A stretch of 64,000 nucleotides of DNA from Candidatus Multivoradales bacterium (GTDB lineage Bacteria; Acidobacteriota; Thermoanaerobaculia; Multivoradales; Multivoraceae). The number at the start of each line of letters is the position of its first letter. The stretch's first letter is position 1. The notes beneath the pieces are model-generated. The model ran no database searches and was not told where the DNA came from. It saw only the letters and a list, made by a program, of their open reading frames with translations. Position numbers and translations under genes: made by a program. Positions 57,014-64,000 of this stretch are shown here, piece by piece. Location: the NCBI GenBank assembly GCA_965223325.1, contig CBDCWI010000001.1, forward strand, positions 1,952,001 through 2,016,000, given 5' to 3'.

Positions 57014-57961
57014 CTACTCTTCCTCGGGCAGATACGCCGCTGCCAGGAGACCGAGCACCTCTTCGAACTCGCGCACCATATCGTTGACAATGTGGCGCAC
57101 CGGCATGACTTTGTCGATGCGGCCCGCCACCTGCCCGGTGAGCGCTACACCGTTGTCTAGCTTGCCGTGGAAGTAGACGTCTTCCATCCCCTCGCGCAGC
57201 GCGGCCAACGGGTCACTCCGCTCCCGTTCCACCCGTTCCGTGGTTGCGGTTCGAAGAGCCCGAAGCGCCGGGCCACGCCCTCCGCGCAGAAACACCGTGT
57301 CGGTCTCTTCGGCGGCCACGATGCCGTCCTTCCAACCCTGGTGGATTGGCGACTCAGCCGCTGAGACCATGCGCGTTCCGAGTTGCACGCCTTCCGCACC
57401 CAGGGCAAACGCCGCCGCCATCGACGGGCCATCGCAAATCCCACCGGCAGCAATGATCGGCACGTCGACCTTCGAGCGCACCAGGGGCAAGAGCACCATC
57501 GTCGAGACTTCACGCGGGTTCTTGAAACCCCCACCTTCTCCGCCCTCGACGACCAAGCCGTCGACACCCGCCTCGACGGCTCGCACCGCAGCCCGGAGGC
57601 TCGGCACCACGTGAAACACGGTGAGGCCGGCGGCCTTCAGTGTCTCGGTGTACTTGCGCGGATCGCCCGCCGAGGTGGTCACGAAGCGCACTCCCTGTTC
57701 GATCACGAAGTCGATGATGCCGGGACCCTGAATGAAGGCCTGCGCAATGTTGACTCCGAACGGCTTGTCGGTGAGCTCACGCATCTTGCGGATCTCGCCC
57801 TGAATCTCCTCGAGCTGTCCGGAAGAAGTCTCGATGATTCCGAACGCTCCGGTCTCACTCACGGCCGACGCCAACTGAGCGCGCGCGATGAAACCCATCG
57901 GCGCCTGGACGATCGGAATATCGACTCCCAACATCTCGGTCACGCGATTGTCGAACTGCAT
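57014..57961 (-). CDS. Nitronate monooxygenase/FabK-like flavoprotein
   Basis: PIVQAPMG, KPFGVN, EGGEGGG, PIIAAGGI.DG, ALGAEGVQLGTR. Confidence 0.9.
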   Translation of the reverse strand: MQFDNRVTEMLGVDIPIVQAPMGFIARAQLASAVSETGAFGIIETSSGQLEEIQGEIRKMRELTDKPFGVNIAQAFIQGPGIIDFVIEQGVRFVTTSAGDPRKYTETLKAAGLTVFHVVPSLRAAVRAVEAGVDGLVVEGGEGGGFKNPREVSTMVLLPLVRSKVDVPIIAAGGICDGPSMAAAFALGAEGVQLGTRMVSAAESPIHQGWKDGIVAAEETDTVFLRGGRGPALRALRTATTERVERERSDPLAALREGMEDVYFHGKLDNGVALTGQVAGRIDKVMPVRHIVNDMVREFEEVLGLLAAAYLPEEE

Positions 57962-58007
57962 CAACCACACCTCCCCTTTCAGTTTCTCGAGCCGTTGTCT
58001 GCTGTGC

Positions 58008-59801
58008 TCAGAACGCTACTGCGGCGCTGTTGTTGCGGTTGTGCGAGGCCGCCTTCAACCTGCCGGTCACCGGATCACGGCTGATTCCGACCCATAGCCC
58101 TTCGCCAGCCAGGCGAGCTTCGGAGGGATCGATCTCTCGATACCCCAAGCCCATGGCGTCTAAAACGTGGCGCTCGAACTTCCCTTGCGGCACAACGACG
58201 GTGAGGGCGAAGGTCCCGGGGTCGGTCGAGGGCATGAAGAAGTCGGGCGTGTCGATTGCTTCCCGGACGTCCATGCCGTGGACAGTGATGTTGAGGAGTG
58301 CCTGGAAGGTGCGCTGATGCAACCCGGACCCCATCGACGCGAAGCCGAGGACAGGCTTTCCGTCCTCGAACAGAATCCCGGTCTCGGTTGGTGATGGCAG
58401 GCGAGAGCCGGGATCGACTTCTTCAATCTGCGCCTGCTGAAACGACGCGGCATCGGCGATCGAAACGCCGTCGACGACGATCGCCGTTTTTCCCCAGTAG
58501 ACCGTGTTGATGCTGTGCGTGATCGCTGCGATGTTGCCGGCGGCATCGATTGCAACCACGTCGTCCGAGTGGCGAGGCTTCTCTGGCGGCGCGAACTGAA
58601 AGGGTGTCTTCTCCTGCATCAACTCCCACAGTTTCTCCGCATGCTTCCTGGTGGCGCGCGCTGCGGGCGCCATGTCGAGCCCGGGATAGATCGCTCTGAC
58701 CATCTCGGGCGGTAGATAGTTGAGAAACATCATCTGCGAGATCAAAACGGCGTCGCGCAGGCTGTCGCCCGACTCCGTCCAGTGTGGACGCTCGCTCAGA
58801 CCGGCGGCGCGCGCCAGGTTCTGCGCCTCGATGAGACCCACGCCACCCAGGTTCGGGTACGGGTTGGTATAGACGGTGTACTCGCCGATCTCGCCCACCA
58901 GCGGCTCGTCCCAGATGACCTCGTACTCCGAGAGCTCTTCCAGGGTCATGCGACCACCGTCGGCAGACAAGAGTGCGATCAGCTTCTTTCCCCACGGCCC
59001 GCCGTACATGTAGTCGGCGCCATGCTCGGCGACCTTTCGCAGGGTGTCCGCGAGAGCGGGCTGCCTGAAGACCTCGCCCACCTGGTAGGTCGAACCGTCG
59101 GGTTTGAGGAACGTGGCCCTGGTTTCCGGTAGGCGGGCCAGGTCCACGGCTCTGAACTCGAACTGGACCGCGAGCGTCTCGTGAACCGGAAAGCCCCGCT
59201 CTGCGATATAGATCGACGGCTTGAAGAGCTCCGCGAAGGGCAAGCGGCCGAAGCGCTCGTGCGCTGCCTCGACACCTTTCATGAACCCACCGACCAACGC
59301 GGTGCGACCACTGGGAGGCCCGAGGCCACCCAGCGCCTCCTCGGACGAGAAGTTGATGCCGCCTGGGATCGTCCCCGGTTCGGTCTCGGCGCGGACAGTG
59401 TTCCACTCGGCGTTCATGGTGTAGACGCGGTTCGTCTCGGCGTCGTAGTAGACCAGCGACATGATCCCGAAGTAGCTCACCGGTGAGCCGGCGGTGAGCG
59501 CGACCTGGGCCATCGCTGAAGTCAATGCTGCGTCGGCTGCGTTGCCGCCCTGGCGCAGTGCCTCCAGCCCGGCGCGCGCGGCAAGGCCGTTGTAGGCGAC
59601 GGTCACGGCGCCGCCAGAGCCCTCGGCGTAGCCCGCCTGCGACCGTTTCGACGATTGCGCCTCGAGGAACCGGTCGTAGTCTTCTTGCCAGGTAGCAGGA
59701 TCGAGATCGATTGCCGGCGCGGCTGGCTTCTCTTCCCGGCCGGCTCCCAGCAGCAGGACCAGCGCCAGAGCGAGGACGAAAACCACTCTTGATCGCGCCA
59801 C
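58008..59801 (-). CDS. Gamma-glutamyltransferase family Ntn hydrolase (Ser at the nucleophile position)
   Basis: GGNAADAA, RFGRLPF, QPALA.TL, RHSDDVVAIDAAGN...THSIN, signal peptide. Start approximate. Confidence 0.85.
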   Translation of the reverse strand: MARSRVVFVLALALVLLLGAGREEKPAAPAIDLDPATWQEDYDRFLEAQSSKRSQAGYAEGSGGAVTVAYNGLAARAGLEALRQGGNAADAALTSAMAQVALTAGSPVSYFGIMSLVYYDAETNRVYTMNAEWNTVRAETEPGTIPGGINFSSEEALGGLGPPSGRTALVGGFMKGVEAAHERFGRLPFAELFKPSIYIAERGFPVHETLAVQFEFRAVDLARLPETRATFLKPDGSTYQVGEVFRQPALADTLRKVAEHGADYMYGGPWGKKLIALLSADGGRMTLEELSEYEVIWDEPLVGEIGEYTVYTNPYPNLGGVGLIEAQNLARAAGLSERPHWTESGDSLRDAVLISQMMFLNYLPPEMVRAIYPGLDMAPAARATRKHAEKLWELMQEKTPFQFAPPEKPRHSDDVVAIDAAGNIAAITHSINTVYWGKTAIVVDGVSIADAASFQQAQIEEVDPGSRLPSPTETGILFEDGKPVLGFASMGSGLHQRTFQALLNITVHGMDVREAIDTPDFFMPSTDPGTFALTVVVPQGKFERHVLDAMGLGYREIDPSEARLAGEGLWVGISRDPVTGRLKAASHNRNNSAAVAF

Positions 59802-59814
59802 CTTCGGAAGCCCT

Positions 59815-61230
59815 CTAGCGCTCGGCGGCCACCGCTGCCTCACGCATGTCGAGGCTCTTCTTGAAGTAGCCCATGCACAAGAACAGCAGAATCGTGGCGA
59901 CGATGTGGGCGATGACGGTTGACGACAACAAGGAGTAGCGAATGCCTGCCAGGCCGTACTCGGCCTCGGTAAACAGGTAGTCGGTCAAGAGAGCGAGCAC
60001 CAGGGGACCGACGGCGAGGCCAATCAGATTGACGATGAACAGGTAGATCGCCGACGCCTGGCCGCGGAGGTTGTTCGGCATCATTTCCTGAATCGCGGCT
60101 GGGGCGACGCCGAACGGCATGGCGGCGAGGAAGACCGTGGGAACGACGAACGCCATCGACAACACGTCGTTCGAGATCAGCGGGTAGATGATTCCGGTGG
60201 GGAACCAGATCCAGGCGGCGAGGAACCCCACCCGCACCTTGGCATCGCGATAGCCGCGCGCGGCGAGCTGGTCGGCCAGGAGACCGCCGGTGAAGACCCC
60301 CGCGGCAGCCGCAATGAAAACGATGATGCCGTAGATGGTTCCGAACTTGGCGGCATCCCACCCATGGACGCGCTTGAACATCTCGGGAAGCCAGGCGCCG
60401 GTGCCGTAGCTCGAGAACGACAGCAATGCGAAACCAACGTTGTGGGTCACCACCGTCTTCCAGTTCTTGCCGATGTAGTCGACGACCTCGTTGAACGGCA
60501 CCGCCTTCGCCTGACCGCCGAGCAGGCCGCGACGTTTGGGTTCGCGCACTGTAAAAAGAAGCAGAGGCACAACGAGAAGCCCGGGCAAGCCAACCAGGAG
60601 GAAGACCTTCTGCCAGGGTGCCATGACGCCGAAGAACGGAACTGTCCACGGCTCGGTCTCACGGACCCAAACGATCGCTCGCCCGCCAATCAAGTACGCC
60701 ATGCCGGCACCGAAGTAGATCCCCATGCCGTAGAAGCCAATCGCGCGTGCCAACTTTTCCTTGCGAAAGTAATCGGTGATGATCGAATACGCCGACGGCG
60801 ACAACGACGCTTCGCCTATGCCAACCCCGACCCGCATGAGCGCCATCGTCAGGAAGTTCTTCGCCAGCGAACAGCCCGCCGTCATCAAGCTCCAGACGGT
60901 CAGACCGAAAGCGATCAACTTCGTGCGGTTGCCGCTGTCGGCGAGACGCCCGAACGGAATGCCGAAGATGGTGTAGAAGATCGCAAACGCCGGGCCCATC
61001 AGGAAGCCCACCTGCCAGTCCTTGTCGAGATTGAGACCGGTCTTGAGGTCACTGACCATCATGCTCAGGATCTGCCGGTCAACGAACGAGAAGACGTAAA
61101 CCAGAGTCAGGATCGCCACGACGTACCAGGCGTAGCCCTCGCTCGGATAGGGCTCTTCGTTCTGCGCAGGCGGACTCGAAGCGGGATCCGTGGGGGCATC
61201 GGCGGGTTCGCCGTCATGGGTCGACGTCAT
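59815..61230 (-). CDS. MFS transporter (spinster-like)
   Basis: FSFVDRQIL, GRLAD, RVGVGIGEA.L.P.A.S.I.DYF, EP.R. Start MTST (61230). Confidence 0.9.
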   Translation of the reverse strand: MTSTHDGEPADAPTDPASSPPAQNEEPYPSEGYAWYVVAILTLVYVFSFVDRQILSMMVSDLKTGLNLDKDWQVGFLMGPAFAIFYTIFGIPFGRLADSGNRTKLIAFGLTVWSLMTAGCSLAKNFLTMALMRVGVGIGEASLSPSAYSIITDYFRKEKLARAIGFYGMGIYFGAGMAYLIGGRAIVWVRETEPWTVPFFGVMAPWQKVFLLVGLPGLLVVPLLLFTVREPKRRGLLGGQAKAVPFNEVVDYIGKNWKTVVTHNVGFALLSFSSYGTGAWLPEMFKRVHGWDAAKFGTIYGIIVFIAAAAGVFTGGLLADQLAARGYRDAKVRVGFLAAWIWFPTGIIYPLISNDVLSMAFVVPTVFLAAMPFGVAPAAIQEMMPNNLRGQASAIYLFIVNLIGLAVGPLVLALLTDYLFTEAEYGLAGIRYSLLSSTVIAHIVATILLFLCMGYFKKSLDMREAAVAAER

Positions 61231-61381
61231 GGAAGAGACCTCGCGAGCTGAAGTGTCGGGACATGGAGAAGGCCTGCGATTGTTCCATGAAGTCCCGACC
61301 CGCCCGTGATTAGCTCGGATTCCTCCGACGGGCGCCTCGCGTGGGTGCCGAGACCCGCCGGCCATGTGCTGAAATGCGGCG

Positions 61382-61630
61382 ATGCCGAATTGGAACATCA
61401 CCAGAGGCGACCGCGTCCTCCTGCGCCAGCTGCCGCCGGACTACGCCGACCTGCCGACCCCCACCCAGGATCTCCTCGACCTGTGCCTGGGGCGGGAGTT
61501 CGGCGTGCTCGGGCTCGACGATCACGGAAACGTCGAGCTGGACGTGCGGCGCGTCGTCGACCGCGAAGTCGTCTACCTTCCGCGGACCCTGCGGGTCGAC
61601 GCAGACTGTCTGACGATCTTCGGCGCCTAG
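61382..61630 (+). CDS. Small hypothetical protein
   Basis: 82 aa ORF with strong GC3 bias. Confidence 0.55.
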   Translation: MPNWNITRGDRVLLRQLPPDYADLPTPTQDLLDLCLGREFGVLGLDDHGNVELDVRRVVDREVVYLPRTLRVDADCLTIFGA

Positions 61631-61788
61631 CCAGCCCGTGGCGCCCCGCTGCTTCGTGTTTGTGTGCACATGAAGCAAATTGGCTACAATTCAGCTTCTG
61701 GCACTGGCCGCTGGACGTCCAATCGTCCGGCAGGTGCCGCGCTTCCCGCCGCCCGCCCACGCCTTCCCTCCGCCCCACTCACATTCCT

Positions 61789-62361
61789 ATGTCAAACACA
61801 CCCACCAAAGAAGACGACTGGACTGCCAATCCCTGGGGTTCGGTTCGCGACCGCATGGTTCGAAGCAACGGTGAGACCGCCAACGGCTCGCTGCGCGACC
61901 GCCAGTTCCTGCGCATCCTGGCCAGCATGAGCCGCGACGACGCAGCCGGCGCCCTGCGCGCACAGTGCATCGACGAGAACATCGAACTGTTGATCGAAGA
62001 AGGTCACGTCGTTCTGGCCAGTGGCTCGAAGCCCGAGCTCTGGCTGGGAACAATTCTCCTCGAGGAGGGTGTCTTGACGGCAGCCGAGCTCGAAGCGGTG
62101 CTCGACCTGCAGCGCAATAGTCGAACGCGCTGGTCTCTCGGCAGCCACTTGATCGAAGAGGGCGCCACCGACCGCCAGGTTCTCTGCCAATGCCTGACCC
62201 GACAGGCGACGAGAGTCGTCCAGGAGTTGGTCTCCTGGACCGGCCGTCCCGGCATCTTCACACTCGATCGCACGGTGCCGGCACCGCCACCGGCGACCCT
62301 CGAGCGGCCAGACGCGCCGCTCGAGGTGCTGCTCGCGCGCGCTGTCGGCCGCGAGCTCTGA
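61789..62361 (+). CDS. DUF4388/GspE-N-like domain protein
   Basis: GSL....F..IL, I.EG.VV.A, LG.ILLEEG.LT..EL..VL..Q, LG..LIEEG, W..G.F. Confidence 0.65.
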   Translation: MSNTPTKEDDWTANPWGSVRDRMVRSNGETANGSLRDRQFLRILASMSRDDAAGALRAQCIDENIELLIEEGHVVLASGSKPELWLGTILLEEGVLTAAELEAVLDLQRNSRTRWSLGSHLIEEGATDRQVLCQCLTRQATRVVQELVSWTGRPGIFTLDRTVPAPPPATLERPDAPLEVLLARAVGREL

Positions 62362-62413
62362 CGAGCGCCCTCGAGGCCGGTCGAGACCTTCTGGGCGCGC
62401 TATTGTCGCGTTC

Positions 62414-63130
62414 ATGAACACTCCGCCGCTCGCCACGGTCGTCCCATCTCCGCCAGCCGTCCTTCTCGACGTCACGGGCAAGGAGAGAAAGTTCCCGGCC
62501 CGCAGGGTCTACTGCGTCGGGCGCAACTATGCCGCGCACGCGCGCGAAATGGGGAGCGATCCAGAGCGCGAGCCACCGTTCTTCTTCTCCAAGCCGGCCG
62601 ACGCCCTGATACAGAACGGCCCAGTGCACTACCCCCCGCGAACCGCGAATCTCCACCACGAGATCGAACTGGTGGCTGCTATCGGTCGCGCTGGCTCCGA
62701 CATTGCGCCGGGTGAAGCCGGCGATCACGTCTACGGCTACGCCATCGGCATCGACCTCACGCGCCGTGACCTGCAGAGCCAGGCCAAGAACAGCGGCCGC
62801 CCGTGGGTCACTGCCAAGGGCTTCGACGAGTCGGCCCCGATCGGCTCGCTCCACCCGGTTGAGACTCACGGTCACCCCACCAACGGCACCATTCGACTCG
62901 AGCTGAACGGTGAGACGCGCCAGGAGGGAGATCTCGCCGATCTCATCTGGACCGTGCCCGAAGTCGTCGCCGAACTATCGACCCTCTTTCGGCTGGAAGC
63001 GGGAGACTTGATCTTCACCGGGACCCCGGCCGGGGTCGGCCCTGTCGAGGTAGGTGACGTTCTGTTGGGCCAGATCGAGGGCCTCGGCACGCTCGAAACC
63101 AGGATTCTGCCTGCGCGCACGACCCCATAG
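62414..63130 (+). CDS. Fumarylacetoacetate hydrolase family protein
   Basis: VYCVGRNYAAHAREMG, HHEIEL, DLTRRDLQ, W..AKGFD, FTGTPAGVG. Confidence 0.93.
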   Translation: MNTPPLATVVPSPPAVLLDVTGKERKFPARRVYCVGRNYAAHAREMGSDPEREPPFFFSKPADALIQNGPVHYPPRTANLHHEIELVAAIGRAGSDIAPGEAGDHVYGYAIGIDLTRRDLQSQAKNSGRPWVTAKGFDESAPIGSLHPVETHGHPTNGTIRLELNGETRQEGDLADLIWTVPEVVAELSTLFRLEAGDLIFTGTPAGVGPVEVGDVLLGQIEGLGTLETRILPARTTP

Positions 63131-63172
63131 GGCCGTTCGCCATCCCGGCCCGACACCACAAGGAGCCCCGTC

Positions 63173-63370
63173 ATGAAGATCTGCGTCGATCCCGACAAAT
63201 GTCAAGGCCACAACCGCTGCTAATTCCTGGCCTCTGAGCTCTTCGAATTCAACGACTACGGCTACGCAACCGCCACGAACAACGGCGAGCTGCCGGCCGA
63301 GCTCGAGGAGAAAGCGCGGCTGGTGATCGACAACTGCCCTGAGTACGCCATCGAGGTCGTCGATGAGTAG
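63173..63370 (+). pseudogene. Single-cluster ferredoxin with internal TAA stop
   Basis: AAGGAG RBS; MKICVDPDKCQGHNRC*FLASELF...NCPEYAIEVVDE; TAA at 63221-63223. Confidence 0.8.
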
Positions 63371-63481
63371 CAGAAACCCCGGCGCCCCGGGATCACTCTC
63401 CGACATCCCTGTAACAACCAGCCACTCCCTGTCGTAGTCTGAGGTGATACCCACTCAGGTCTGCCGTAGGAGTGCTGCTCG

Positions 63482-64000
63482 ATGCTCGAAATCCGTGACC
63501 TCGTCAAGGTCTACCCGGGACCGGTCGCTGCGCTGCACGGAATCAACCTCGACATTCCAGAAGGCATGTTCGGTCTCCTGGGGCCCAACGGCGCTGGCAA
63601 GACGACGCTCATGCGCATCCTCGCCGGGCTCCTCGAGCCCACCTCGGGCAAGGTCTTCTTCGACGGCGACGACATCGGCGAGCGGCCCGAGCTCATCTGG
63701 CCGCGGCTTGGATACCTGCCGCAGGCGTTCGGCTTCTACCCCAATCTCACCGGCGAGCAGATGCTGATCCACCTCTTGAAGCTCAAGGGAGTGGAGTCGC
63801 CCAAAGGCCTCAAACAACTGACCGGCGAGCTGCTCGAGCGCGTCAATCTCGGCTTTGCGGCGCGGCGCAAGGTCAAGGCCTACTCGGGCGGCATGAAGCA
63901 GCGCCTCGGCATTGCGCAGGCGGTCGCCGGCAACCCGCGACTGATCATCGTCGATGAGCCCACCGCCGGCCTCGACCCCGAAGAACGTCTACGCTTCTAC
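63482..64000 (+). CDS. ABC transporter ATP-binding protein (partial, runs off window)
   Basis: Manual translation MLEIRDLVKVY...GPNGAGKTT...YSGGMKQR...IVDEPTAGLDP. Confidence 0.92.
   Translation, partial: MLEIRDLVKVYPGPVAALHGINLDIPEGMFGLLGPNGAGKTTLMRILAGLLEPTSGKVFFDGDDIGERPELIWPRLGYLPQAFGFYPNLTGEQMLIHLLKLKGVESPKGLKQLTGELLERVNLGFAARRKVKAYSGGMKQRLGIAQAVAGNPRLIIVDEPTAGLDPEERLRFY

Noticed and set aside
63221-63223. Programmed readthrough in the ferredoxin
   Set aside because: TAA is not a Sec or Pyl codon and the position is not a cluster ligand.

Overview
GC-rich bacterial chromosomal window. An ADOP permease, a sulfatase-TPR protein and a C-terminal FxDGFE motif suggest Acidobacteriota, possibly Thermoanaerobaculia (inference). 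It holds about 50 genes, mostly secreted hydrolases, transporters and catabolic enzymes. No rRNA, tRNA, CRISPR array or transposase was seen. Highlights: (1) a lipid locus with PlsC-like and FeeM-like acyltransferases, MMPL and a TonB receptor, divergent from a lipase and a sulfotransferase; (2) an 11.5 kb glycan-modification locus with an ATP-grasp/GT2 fusion, PLP decarboxylase, sulfotransferase, 2OG oxygenase, flippase-like protein and GT-C; (3) a BetI-like TetR fused to a SAM methyltransferase, between a truncated TonB receptor and an internally deleted BCCT transporter, followed by a homocysteine methyltransferase; (4) an ArsC-like UxxC selenoprotein with a SECIS-like hairpin, truncated in the ORF track; (5) CTAG-ended MITE-like elements sitting on TAG stop codons and a structured 206-bp tandem repeat; (6) a possible metalloprotease effector/lipoprotein immunity pair. 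All family calls come from motif recognition by eye, not from database searches.
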